NCBI GenBank assembly: GCA_016196885.1
Contig: JACPWU010000021.1
Coordinates: forward strand, 3,618-67,617
Length of the DNA stretch: 64,000 bases
Source of the DNA: Chlamydiota bacterium
GTDB lineage: Bacteria > Auribacterota > JACPWU01
Direction of reading: 5' to 3'
The position numbers and the translations under genes are program-made. Under the pieces are notes generated by a model that saw only the letters and a program-made list of their open reading frames with translations, searched no databases and was not told the DNA's origin. Shown piece by piece: positions 1 through 9,156 of the stretch; positions within the stretch are counted from its first letter, which is position 1, and the number at the start of each line of letters is the position of its first letter.

Positions 1-474
1 GACTGGGAGAATGGGACAATGGCTTGCCGAGGCCAAGGCCACCACGCCCATTTGGACGTAACCTTTCGGGCCGCGCGGGCCATCCGGCGTCACGGCCAAA
101 TCAAAACCCTGATCTATGTAACGCTTCAAACGTAACAGCGCTGGATATCCTCCCCTGGAAGAGGAACCCCGTACCACTTCAAACCCAATTTCCTCAACAA
201 AATCACTGACGATTTGACCATCCCGACTCAGGCTAGCCAAGACGCATATTTTTTTGTGCCGGGCCAAAGATAAGTAGCAAAAAGGCATGAGCATGAGTTG
301 ACAATGCCAAAATGCAAAGAGAATGGGACGCCCTCGTGATCGAGCTAAAAAATAATTTTCATCTCCCTCTATTTCCCAAGGGGTGGTGTGGCCGACCCAA
401 CCCATGTAGCCCAGACCCATGCGAATCAGAAGGGTCCGTAGAGGAGGTGATTTAAGAAGCAAATTGAACTTCAT
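1..474 (-). CDS. DUF374 lysophospholipid-acyltransferase-like protein, partial (C-terminus beyond window start); start uncertain (ATG 474 overlapping msbA end, or ATG 420)
   Basis: Minus-strand translation reads MKFNLLLKSPPLRTLLIRMGLGYMGWVGHTTPWEIEGDENYFLARSRGRPILFAFWHCQLMLMPFCYLSLARHKKICVLASLSRDGQIVSDFVEEIGFEVVRGSSSRGG...LAVTPDGPRGPKGY. FAFWH, SRDG, VRGSSSRGG and TPDGPRGP motifs are typical of DUF374. ORF runs off the window edge, so it is absent from the ORF track. Confidence 0.5.
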   Translation of the reverse strand, partial: MKFNLLLKSPPLRTLLIRMGLGYMGWVGHTTPWEIEGDENYFLARSRGRPILFAFWHCQLMLMPFCYLSLARHKKICVLASLSRDGQIVSDFVEEIGFEVVRGSSSRGGYPALLRLKRYIDQGFDLAVTPDGPRGPKGYVQMGVVALASASHCPILPV

Positions 475-2155
475 ACAATTTCCGATACAAGCCTTCTTTT
501 TGAATCAGCTCATCATGCGTCCCCGTTTGAATCATCCGGCCCTGATTCAAAACCAATATTTGATGCGCGTTTCGAACCGTGGACAAACGATGCGCAATCA
601 CGAGCACCGTGCGGCCCTCCATAAGCCTTGTTAAGGCCTCCTGAACGGACCTTTCCGACTGAGAATCTAAAGATGAAGTAGCCTCGTCCAAAATAAGAAG
701 CCTGGGATTTTTCAAAATGGCCCGGGCAATTGCAAGCCGTTGTCTTTCTCCCCCCGAAAGCTTCACACCTCTTTCCCCCACCAAGGTGTCATACCTTTCA
801 GGAAGCGCCATGATAAAATCGTGGGCATTGGCCGCTTGAGCTGCTTCTATGAGTTCACTAGAATTCATTTCGACACGACCATAAGCGATGTTGGCACGAA
901 CGGTGTCATTGAATAAAATGACCTCTTGAGTGACCAGGCCCATTAAACCTCTTAAAGATTTAAGCGCGATCGAACGAATGTCTTTTCCATCTATTTTAAT
1001 TTCTCCCTGCTGGGGATCGTAGAAACGGGCAATCAAATTGGCCATGGTGGATTTTCCAGAACCACTGGGCCCGACCAGCGCCGTGATTTCTCCCGCCTTC
1101 ATCTCAAAATGAATGTCTCTGAGAACCCAATCTTCTTCATATCGAAAAGCCAAATTTGAAAAGCGAATCCCTTCACGAATATCACTCAGTTCAAAAGCAC
1201 CCTTCTTGTCTCTAACCGCAGGGACTTCATCCAGAATTTCAAAAACTCTGACGCCCGCTGCATTGGCTTGTTGAACAAGGCTATTGACCTTTCCTATTTT
1301 TTTGAAAGGTTCATAAATCAAATAAAGCGCTGTCATGAAAGAAAGAAATGTATCTAGACTCAAATGCCTGGCTCCATACCAAAAGCAAAAAGCTGCTCCG
1401 CAAGAAGCCACCACTTCAATGACGGGTCGGGTAAGCTCTGCCGCACGCACGGCATCCATCATGGATTTAAAGAAACGACGATTCTCTTGAGAAAACCGAT
1501 TGATTTCATACTCTTCCATTGAAAAAGCCTTCACCACACGAATCCCACTGATCGTCTCATGTAAAATAGATGTTAAATCTCCGACCTGCGTTTGGGCTTG
1601 GCGAGTTGCCTTTCGAACCCTTTTCCCGAATTTAACAATTGGATAAACGGCCAGGGGAAAAATAAACAAAGACATGCTCGCCAAAAAAGGGTCGAAATAA
1701 AAAAGGGTCCCCAAGAGTCCTAAAAGGCTTAAGGGTTCTTTCACCATATCTGTAATAGCGTTTGAAATCCCATACTGAATCACAGACACATCATTGGTAA
1801 CACGAGAAATGAGATGACCTGTTTTTCGATGCGAAAAAAAATCAAGCGACAAATCATGAAGATGACGGTACAAACGATCTCGAATATCCGAAACAGCCTT
1901 TAGCCCCACCCAATTCATGTAATAGGCCTGCCCAAAATCTGAAAGTCCTCTCATCAAGAAAACAAGCAAGATCAAGCCTGGAACCATAAAAAACATCGAG
2001 GGGCTCTTGCTTACAAAAGCCACTCTCAAAACAAATTTCAAAACCCACACAACCGCTGTATTAAAAATAGAAAAAAGGATCATGCACAAAAAGGCCGTCG
2101 CTAAGCGAGGCCAATAGGGTTTTACAAATTGCAAAAGTCGTCTATACGTTGTCAC
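452..2155 (-). CDS. msbA: Lipid A export ABC transporter permease/ATPase MsbA
   Basis: 567 aa; six-TM N-terminal domain followed by an ABC ATPase with Walker A GPSGSGKST, signature LSGGERQR and Walker B LILDEATSSLD. Confidence 0.85.
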   Translation of the reverse strand: MTTYRRLLQFVKPYWPRLATAFLCMILFSIFNTAVVWVLKFVLRVAFVSKSPSMFFMVPGLILLVFLMRGLSDFGQAYYMNWVGLKAVSDIRDRLYRHLHDLSLDFFSHRKTGHLISRVTNDVSVIQYGISNAITDMVKEPLSLLGLLGTLFYFDPFLASMSLFIFPLAVYPIVKFGKRVRKATRQAQTQVGDLTSILHETISGIRVVKAFSMEEYEINRFSQENRRFFKSMMDAVRAAELTRPVIEVVASCGAAFCFWYGARHLSLDTFLSFMTALYLIYEPFKKIGKVNSLVQQANAAGVRVFEILDEVPAVRDKKGAFELSDIREGIRFSNLAFRYEEDWVLRDIHFEMKAGEITALVGPSGSGKSTMANLIARFYDPQQGEIKIDGKDIRSIALKSLRGLMGLVTQEVILFNDTVRANIAYGRVEMNSSELIEAAQAANAHDFIMALPERYDTLVGERGVKLSGGERQRLAIARAILKNPRLLILDEATSSLDSQSERSVQEALTRLMEGRTVLVIAHRLSTVRNAHQILVLNQGRMIQTGTHDELIQKEGLYRKLYEVQFAS

Positions 2156-3282
2156 TCATTCACCCTTTTTAAAATAATCTCTGCAGCCCTCGCACTTGCC
2201 CCAGGCTCACCCAATTTCTGAAGAACTTCTCGCAAGGCTTGCCGAGTTTCATTCAAAACCTTTTCATTCGAAAGAAAATCCTTTGTCATTTGAGCCAAAT
2301 GTTCGGATTTAAAATCCTCCTGCAAAAGCTCTGGAACAATTTTTTGGGCGGCCACCAGATTCACGAGTCCCACAAAAGGGACTTGAATCAAACGACGAAT
2401 TAAAAAAGCCGTTATCCGCGAAACCCGGTAAAACACAATCATGGGAACACCGCAGTAGGCCGTTTCCAAGGTTGCAGTCCCAGAACAGACCCACGCAAAT
2501 TGAGAAGCGAGAAGACATTCTCTCATACGGCCTCGATAAAGATGCATAAAATCCTCACCCTTCGTGCTTCGACGAATTTCCTCATAAAGGTAATCCGTCG
2601 CACAAGGAACAAGAAAACATATTTTGGGAAACTCGCGCCTCATTTGGCGGGCCGCCTCTAGGAGCACGTCCCAATGACGATGAACTTCGTTCACGCGGCT
2701 GCCGGGCAAAATAGAAATTCTAGGATAAAATTTTTCTAGCTCCTTTGACATCCCTGAGGATGTTTGTTTTTCCCCTTCATCCACCAGCGGATGACCGACA
2801 AAATCAACCGCCATGTTGTTTCGCTCATAAAAATCTTTTTCAAAAGGTAAAATCACCAACATGCGGTCTATGATTTTCTTCATGAGCCCTAAACGCCTCT
2901 TTCCCCAAGCCCAAACTTGAGGACTCACATAATAAATGACTCGCACCTTTTTCCGGTGTGCCCTTTTCGCAAATCTCAAATTAAATCCTGGAAAATCAAT
3001 CAACACAACTGCATTGGGTTTCCACTCATCGAGCGTCCTTGAAAGTTCTCTAAAAACACGTCTGAACTCGCGATAATGTTTCACCACCTCCAAAAGTCCG
3101 ATCACGGCCCACCGGGTCATGTCCTCCAAAATCTGAACCCCATTCTGACGCATCAAGGACCCACCCACACCCAAGAGTTCGACGGAAGGATCTTTTTGAA
3201 TGAGCGCCTGGGCAAGCTGTGCACCCATTTTATCTCCCGAGGGCTCTCCTGCTAAAATCATGATTCTAGGATTTGAGTTCAT
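2152..3282 (-). CDS. lpxB: Lipid-A-disaccharide synthase
   Basis: 376 aa with an LpxB-like N-terminus (MILAGEPSGD) and GT-B fold features; stop overlaps msbA start; sits in an lpx cluster. Confidence 0.85.
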   Translation of the reverse strand: MNSNPRIMILAGEPSGDKMGAQLAQALIQKDPSVELLGVGGSLMRQNGVQILEDMTRWAVIGLLEVVKHYREFRRVFRELSRTLDEWKPNAVVLIDFPGFNLRFAKRAHRKKVRVIYYVSPQVWAWGKRRLGLMKKIIDRMLVILPFEKDFYERNNMAVDFVGHPLVDEGEKQTSSGMSKELEKFYPRISILPGSRVNEVHRHWDVLLEAARQMRREFPKICFLVPCATDYLYEEIRRSTKGEDFMHLYRGRMRECLLASQFAWVCSGTATLETAYCGVPMIVFYRVSRITAFLIRRLIQVPFVGLVNLVAAQKIVPELLQEDFKSEHLAQMTKDFLSNEKVLNETRQALREVLQKLGEPGASARAAEIILKRVNE

Positions 3283-3296
3283 GATAAAACCAGTGC

Positions 3297-3386
3297 AAAA
3301 TGAAAAGTGTAAAATTAAAAATAAAGAAAAAAAGGTTTACTGAAATCGTTCTCAATTTTTCATTCTTAATTTTTCATTCTTAATTT
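3297..3386. repeat. Element J1 (aaaatgaaaagtg ... (aatttttcattctt)x2), lpxB-oxidoreductase junction
   Basis: Shares both ends with J2; encodes the C-terminus of the oxidoreductase. Confidence 0.5.
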
Positions 3387-4287
3387 CTTTCAACACTTCC
3401 ATCGCCACCTCTAAAGCCATTTTTCCATGCTCCCCCGACACCAGAGGGTTTTTCGCATGACGCACGCAATCCATAAAAGAAGCGATCTCCAACTTTAAGG
3501 GTTCGGCCTTTTCAAATTTAATATTTTTCCAAGAAATTTTCCCATTTTCCTTGTGATAAATCTTCCCCTCCTGCCTTAAATAATCCAAAGAAATGTAGGC
3601 GTCCTCTTGAAAAACCCGCACCTTTCTCATGCGCTCCACAGAAACCCGGCTCGTGGTCAAATTGGCAATACAGCCATTTTCAAATTCCAATCGGGCATTG
3701 GCAATGTCTTCAAAGGCGCTGAGGACGGGAACTCCCACGGCACGAATTTCTCTTAAAGGGGAAGGGGTCAACTGCAAAATCACATCAATGTCATGAATCA
3801 TCAAATCCAAAACAACCCCCACATCCGTTCCCCGCTCAGGAAAAGGGCTCAGGCGGTGACACTCGATAAAGCGCGGCGAGGTCAGAATTTTCTGGAGCGC
3901 CTGAAAGGCGGGATTGTAACGCTCAATATGCCCTACTTGGAGAATCAGTCCCTTTTGCTGAGCCTTTTGGATCAGTGCCGCTGCCTGTTCTACCCTTTGG
4001 GCAATCGGTTTTTCCACAAGGACATGAATCCCCCGGTCCAAAAGAAATTCTGCCACTTTGAAATGATCCACCGTCGGAACTGCCACACTCGCCAAATCAA
4101 TTCCCGAAGGCAACCCTTCCAAACTTTGTAAAGGCTGCGCATGATAGCGATGGCCCCACTTAGAAACCTTCTCCCAATCAAGGTCCACAAGCGCGACCAA
4201 TTCAACATCTGAAAGCTCAGAATAAATTCGGGCATGTTCTTTACCCAAATAACCAACCCCTACGACCACCGCTTTAAGTTTTTGCAT
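3352..4287 (-). CDS. Gfo/Idh/MocA family NAD(P)-dependent oxidoreductase
   Basis: N-terminal Rossmann motif VGVGYLGKEHARIY plus the family's C-terminal domain; C-terminal codons are encoded by a J-family repeat. Confidence 0.75.
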   Translation of the reverse strand: MQKLKAVVVGVGYLGKEHARIYSELSDVELVALVDLDWEKVSKWGHRYHAQPLQSLEGLPSGIDLASVAVPTVDHFKVAEFLLDRGIHVLVEKPIAQRVEQAAALIQKAQQKGLILQVGHIERYNPAFQALQKILTSPRFIECHRLSPFPERGTDVGVVLDLMIHDIDVILQLTPSPLREIRAVGVPVLSAFEDIANARLEFENGCIANLTTSRVSVERMRKVRVFQEDAYISLDYLRQEGKIYHKENGKISWKNIKFEKAEPLKLEIASFMDCVRHAKNPLVSGEHGKMALEVAMEVLKEIKNEKLRMKN

Positions 4288-5113
4288 TTTCTCGCCCCAA
4301 TCCCACCATGCTCAATCCCCACCGATTCGCTTTTTCAAAAAAAAATTTTCGATCTAAAATTAATGTTTTTCCTGCCTCTACCCCTAAAAGAGATGCCTTG
4401 GCTTTTCGAAGCACCCGCAATGTCTTGAGCCCAATCACCGGAACATCATAGCGCATGTCTTGATGGGACCGTGCCATTTTCACCACCACCGCCCCTTTTC
4501 CTGCCAATTTTCCGCCTCTTAAAATGGTAGCATCAGTCCCTTCCATACCTTCCAAAGCAACCAGAACTCCCTTTTTCACCACCACCGTCTGCCCCACCTC
4601 TAAATCCGCTAGGACCTTTGCCACTCTCAAACCATATTTCAAATCTTGCCAGTCTTCATCTGATGGCGCATGATTTGTTAAAACACCCTCCTCGGCCAAT
4701 TCACTTTTTAAAAACAACGTGGACTCAAGAAAATGGACTCCCTCTTTCTCCCATTTTTGAATCAATCCCCCCAAAAGACTTTTGGCATCTTTCTGGGGAG
4801 AACCCTTAAAAAATTTCAACCCCTCCACATCAAATTTCAAAGCCCTCAAAGCGAACTTATGTGGAATTTGACCCGCCATCACCCAGTCATGGACCTGACT
4901 CTCTTTTAAAATTTTCAACAACTTTCCAATTTCTCCGATGCCGATCCAGAACATCTGATCCACAAATTTTCCAAATGAGCGATCGGTAATCCCCAGAAAT
5001 CCAATTCCGATTATTTTCTTCACCCCTTGCTGACGGGCCGACTCAGCCACTGAAAGAGGGAAATCTCGATTTCCAGCAATAATACCTAGGGAGTCTATGT
5101 TATGCATTTTCAT
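4274..5113 (-). CDS. lpxI: UDP-2,3-diacylglucosamine hydrolase LpxI (DUF1009 family)
   Basis: GIIAGNRDFPL motif and DUF1009-like C-terminal domain; track ORF trimmed to the internal Met MKMHNIDSLGIIAGN. Confidence 0.7.
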   Translation of the reverse strand: MKMHNIDSLGIIAGNRDFPLSVAESARQQGVKKIIGIGFLGITDRSFGKFVDQMFWIGIGEIGKLLKILKESQVHDWVMAGQIPHKFALRALKFDVEGLKFFKGSPQKDAKSLLGGLIQKWEKEGVHFLESTLFLKSELAEEGVLTNHAPSDEDWQDLKYGLRVAKVLADLEVGQTVVVKKGVLVALEGMEGTDATILRGGKLAGKGAVVVKMARSHQDMRYDVPVIGLKTLRVLRKAKASLLGVEAGKTLILDRKFFFEKANRWGLSMVGLGRENAKT

Positions 5114-5164
5114 CTTAATTTTTTGTGACAATCCTTGAGGAGGTTTCGGTAAGCCGTATGAATA

Positions 5165-5237
5165 GGGGCAAGGGTCAAGAGTCAAGAAAAAACACTAAAT
5201 TGATTATTCTTGACCCATGACCCATGACCCTTGCCCC
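5165..5237. repeat. Long hairpin in the lpxI-lpxA intergenic region (ggggcaagggtca...tcaagaa arms)
   Basis: About 24-bp arms ggggcaagggtcaagagtcaagaa / ttcttgacccatgacccatgacccttgcccc. Confidence 0.45.
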
Positions 5238-5275
5238 TCGCAAGAGAAATACAAACAACACTTCACCCTACAACA

Positions 5276-6046
5276 TCATCTTCCAATCCCTCTTTCCGAA
5301 GCTCGAACAAATTCAAGAAGATGCTCCATTTCAGGGGAAGTTGGAATTTCTGCTTCGACTTTCGAAACGGCATGGGCCACGGTGAGTTTGGACCGAAAAA
5401 GAATCTTAAAAGCCTTTTTAATGTTTTTTTGCAATTCTTGATTCATGCCGCTGCGTGTGAGTCCCACACCATTGATGGTACGCACCACCGCGGGATGACC
5501 ATCCACCATCGCATAGGGAGGAACATCCTGAACGACTTTCGAACATCCACCCACAATGGCCAGGGTTCCAATCTTACAAAACTGATGAACAGCAGAGAGT
5601 CCCCCAATGACGGCCCCATCTTCAATATCCACATGTCCAGCCAATGTCCCCACATTGGCAATAATCACGCGACTTCCCACCCGGCAATTGTGTGCCACGT
5701 GGGCATACGCCATGATCCAGCAATCTTCTCCCACAAGGGTTGCTGTGTCTTCACCCGTCCCCCGATTGATGGTCACAAATTCACGAATGACGGTCCGGGC
5801 ACCTATCCGAGCGTAAACCTTTTCACCTTTAAATTTTTTATCCTGCGAGTCGCTTCCCACAGAGGCCCAAGGGTAAATACGCACATCCGTCCCGATGAAG
5901 GTATCGCGCCCAATCACCACATGGGAATCAATGAAAGACCCCTTCCCAATCTCTGAGCCTTCCCCTACAATCGAATAAGGACCTATCTGGACATCAGAAT
6001 CAATGCGTGCAGTGGGATGAATAATCGCGGTTGGATGAACGGACAT
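5276..6046 (-). CDS. lpxA: Acyl-ACP--UDP-N-acetylglucosamine O-acyltransferase
   Basis: Left-handed beta-helix hexapeptide repeats beginning MSVHPTAIIHPTARIDSDVQIGPYSIVG, with an LpxA-type C-terminal helical domain. Confidence 0.85.
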   Translation of the reverse strand: MSVHPTAIIHPTARIDSDVQIGPYSIVGEGSEIGKGSFIDSHVVIGRDTFIGTDVRIYPWASVGSDSQDKKFKGEKVYARIGARTVIREFVTINRGTGEDTATLVGEDCWIMAYAHVAHNCRVGSRVIIANVGTLAGHVDIEDGAVIGGLSAVHQFCKIGTLAIVGGCSKVVQDVPPYAMVDGHPAVVRTINGVGLTRSGMNQELQKNIKKAFKILFRSKLTVAHAVSKVEAEIPTSPEMEHLLEFVRASERGIGR

Positions 6047-6071
6047 GATTTAAACCCTTTAAGAAAAGCCC

Positions 6072-6144
6072 ACAGTCCACGGTCCATAGTCGATAGAAAA
6101 ATAAAAAATCCCTTCGAACTATTGACCATGGACTATGGACTGTT
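6072..6144. repeat. Element N1 (acagtccacggtccatagtcgatag ... ctattgaccatggactatggactgtt), lpxA-fabZ junction
   Basis: Palindromic; related to N2. Confidence 0.45.
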
Positions 6145-6588
6145 ATGTTCCAGCTCCACCAAACCAAACATCAAATCTGCCTCGGCCACCAATTGATCTT
6201 GGACAAAGGCACTTCCTTTAACCATCCCTGTCTTACTGCGAGCCCGAAGCAGTTCAACTTCAAAACGCAATTGATCGCCTGGGATCACCGTCTTTCGAAA
6301 TCTTGCATTGTCAATCGCCGTAAAATAAGCAAGTTTGCCTTTCGCCTCAGCCCTGCTTAAAAGCATGACCCCCGCCACTTGGGCCATGGCTTCCAAAATC
6401 AATACACCCGGCATCACGGGATGCCCAGGGAAGTGACCTACAAAGAAACTTTCAGTGATCGTCACATTTTTCAAACCCACGGCCTTTGTGTCTGTCATTT
6501 CAAGCATCCGATCTACCAAGAGAAAAGGATAGCGATGAGGCAAAACTTTCTGAATGGCCACCGTATCTAAAATACCATCCGCCATCAT
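6133..6588 (-). CDS. fabZ: 3-hydroxyacyl-ACP dehydratase
   Basis: 151 aa hotdog fold with [12 protein letters not shown] and [13 protein letters not shown] motifs; canonical lpxD-fabZ-lpxA arrangement. Confidence 0.85.
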   Translation of the reverse strand: MMADGILDTVAIQKVLPHRYPFLLVDRMLEMTDTKAVGLKNVTITESFFVGHFPGHPVMPGVLILEAMAQVAGVMLLSRAEAKGKLAYFTAIDNARFRKTVIPGDQLRFEVELLRARSKTGMVKGSAFVQDQLVAEADLMFGLVELEHNSP

Positions 6589-6597
6589 AAATCCTCC

Positions 6598-7464
6598 TTA
6601 AGACCTCGCAAATTCGTGAATGGAACCTTCTTCAACCAACGCACTTGCCAATCGCTTGGCAAATTCAAAATTCATCGCATGACCTGATTTGATGGCCATC
6701 ACATGGGCCTTGAAAGGTTTTCCCAAAAGATAAAGATCCCCCATCAAATCCAAAACCTTATGCCGGACGCATTCATCCGGAAACCTCAAACTTTCCTTGC
6801 TGAAAATGGCATCCTTTCCCACCACCACGGCATTGTCCAAACTCCCGCCCTTGATCAAACCTTGCTTCATCAAATATTCCACTTCATGATAAAAACAAAA
6901 GGTCCGACAAGGAGCGATTTGAGAAATAAAATTTTCTTCGTTCACTTCCACCGTATAAAATTGGTCCTTGATCTTGCTGTCCTTGTAAGACAGGGTAAAT
7001 GAAATGCGGCAGCTCTCGGAGGGAATGGCCACCAAAGACGCATCACCCTCCTCGTAATAAACGGGTCTGGACAATCTCAAACACGTTTTGAGAGACGCCT
7101 GCTCTTCGATCCCACTGGAGCGAATCATTTCGACAAAAGCCAGAGAACTTCCATCTCCCACGGGAGGTTCATTCGCCTCCATTTCAATCAGCAAATTGTC
7201 AATCCCACACCCCATCAAGGCCGCCAAAACATGTTCCACCGTATGAACCTTCACACCCTTTTCCTCAATGGTGGTCCCGCGTGTAACTCCTGTCACATTC
7301 GAGAGCCTCGCCTTCACCACCGGGCGCTCAGGAAGATCCATGCGAACAAATTCGATGCCCGTATTGGGAGGGGCAGGCAAAAAAGTAATGCGTGTTTTAT
7401 TGCCCGTATGAAGGGCAATGCCTGAATAACTCACTTTTTTAGAAATCGTTTTTTGAAATGGCAT
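6598..7464 (-). CDS. lpxC: UDP-3-O-acyl-N-acetylglucosamine deacetylase
   Basis: 288 aa with the LpxC motif HTVEHVLAALMGCGIDN and the zinc-site region. Confidence 0.85.
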   Translation of the reverse strand: MPFQKTISKKVSYSGIALHTGNKTRITFLPAPPNTGIEFVRMDLPERPVVKARLSNVTGVTRGTTIEEKGVKVHTVEHVLAALMGCGIDNLLIEMEANEPPVGDGSSLAFVEMIRSSGIEEQASLKTCLRLSRPVYYEEGDASLVAIPSESCRISFTLSYKDSKIKDQFYTVEVNEENFISQIAPCRTFCFYHEVEYLMKQGLIKGGSLDNAVVVGKDAIFSKESLRFPDECVRHKVLDLMGDLYLLGKPFKAHVMAIKSGHAMNFEFAKRLASALVEEGSIHEFARS

Positions 7465-7471
7465 CTGAAAC

Positions 7472-8503
7472 CTACTGAGAATCTTTCAATTTCTCCACTT
7501 TTTTTTCCAACTCTTTCACCCGGTCGAAAAATGGACCCAGGCGGCGAACATTTGCAATATTTCTTTTTTCTTCTTGAATGGGAAGGGCGGGAGAGCCCCA
7601 CAAAACCATACCTTTTGGCACATCCTTTGAAATTCCAGATTTTGCGGCAATAATAACCTCATCCCCCACTTCAATATGTCCGACCAAACCCGCCTGTCCT
7701 CCAATAATCACATGATGACCAATCTGGGTCGTCCCGGAAATCCCCACTTGGGCTACAATCAGGCAATGTTCACCGATTTCAACGTTATGGGCCACCTGAA
7801 CCAAATTATCAATCTTGGTCCCTTTTTTAATCACCGTCTTCCCAAAGCGAGCGCGGTCCACCGTGACATTGGCCCCCATTTCTACATCATCTCCTATCAC
7901 CACATGTCCAACCTGGGGAATTTTATGATGAACCCCATCCACCGTCTCAAAACCAAAGCCGTCGCTACCAATCACTGTCCCACTGTGAATGATGACACGA
8001 TCCCCCATCACCGTCTCTTCTCGAATCGTGACATGGGGATAAATCAAAGTGTCTCGACCGACTTGACTGTGATGACCGATAAACGAACCCGCCCCGATCG
8101 AGCTTCCTTTCCCAATCTGAACGCCCTCTTCAACCACGGCATAAGGGCCAATGTTTACCGATGGCCCTAAGGAAACGTCCTTCCCTAGAACGGCTGTAGG
8201 ATGAATTCCCTTTGGAAATCCATTGGATGAAGGTTTAAACTGTTCAACAACCTTGTTAAAAGCCAGAGAAGGATTCTTACAGCGAATGACGGTTTTACCA
8301 GGAGGAGGAGAAATTTCCTCTCCTACCAAAACCGCACTGGCTCTCGTCTCATCCAAAAAAGGAAGATATTTAGGATTCGAAAGAAAAGTAATATCCCCTT
8401 CCCGGGCCTCCTTCATTCCGGCCACACCTCCAATCTTGATCTCTGGGCGACCCAAGAGTGTTCCTCCTACCAGTGTTGCAATGTCTTTTAAAGAAAGTTC
8501 CAT
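7472..8503 (-). CDS. lpxD: UDP-3-O-acylglucosamine N-acyltransferase
   Basis: 343 aa; LpxD-type N-terminal domain followed by long hexapeptide repeats. Confidence 0.85.
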   Translation of the reverse strand: MELSLKDIATLVGGTLLGRPEIKIGGVAGMKEAREGDITFLSNPKYLPFLDETRASAVLVGEEISPPPGKTVIRCKNPSLAFNKVVEQFKPSSNGFPKGIHPTAVLGKDVSLGPSVNIGPYAVVEEGVQIGKGSSIGAGSFIGHHSQVGRDTLIYPHVTIREETVMGDRVIIHSGTVIGSDGFGFETVDGVHHKIPQVGHVVIGDDVEMGANVTVDRARFGKTVIKKGTKIDNLVQVAHNVEIGEHCLIVAQVGISGTTQIGHHVIIGGQAGLVGHIEVGDEVIIAAKSGISKDVPKGMVLWGSPALPIQEEKRNIANVRRLGPFFDRVKELEKKVEKLKDSQ

Positions 8504-8588
8504 GAAATACCGTTTCTCGTTTATCGTTGATCGTTTATCGTTAATGGAAATTCTATATTAACGTTTAACGTTCAACGTCTAACAGCTT

Positions 8589-9131
8589 TTACTTTGCCTC
8601 CGCCGGCTTATCCTTCGCCCCTTGGGCTTTCGCCTTCGCCTTTTCATTCATTCTCTTGGTCACCTGTGCTGAAATATCATAGGTAGGGGTTTTATAAAGA
8701 AGGGCACGATCGTTGAAAATCAGATTGTACTTTCCTTCTTTTCCAATCTCCTCAATGGTGGCCTTGATATCATCAAAAATCCCCTTCAAGAGAAAATCCC
8801 TTTTGTTTCGAAGCTCGCTTTTTGTCTTTTCATCAAAATCCTTCAGTGCATTGATCTTCTCATTAATGACAGATTCCTTCTCTTTGCGAGCCTCTTCATT
8901 TAAAAGTTCTGATTCTTCCTTCAACTTCTTAATTTCATCCACCATCTTGGCCCTCTCAGCCGTTTTCCCCTTACCCTCTTCCTTCAACTTCGCATCATTC
9001 TGCTTCGTGAGGTCATATTCGTTAAAAACCTTTTCGACATCCACATAACCTATTTTTAAATCCTCTGCCCAAGCCTTGTTGAACAAACTCAAAAAAAACA
9101 AACCCGCTACCACCATCGCCAACTTTTTCAT
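8589..9131 (-). CDS. skp: OmpH/Skp periplasmic chaperone
   Basis: 180 aa with signal peptide and a Lys/Glu-rich coiled-coil; sits between lpxD and bamA as in many Gram-negatives. Confidence 0.75.
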   Translation of the reverse strand: MKKLAMVVAGLFFLSLFNKAWAEDLKIGYVDVEKVFNEYDLTKQNDAKLKEEGKGKTAERAKMVDEIKKLKEESELLNEEARKEKESVINEKINALKDFDEKTKSELRNKRDFLLKGIFDDIKATIEEIGKEGKYNLIFNDRALLYKTPTYDISAQVTKRMNEKAKAKAQGAKDKPAEAK

Positions 9132-9156
9132 CTCAATCTCCCCTGTTTAATTTTTA

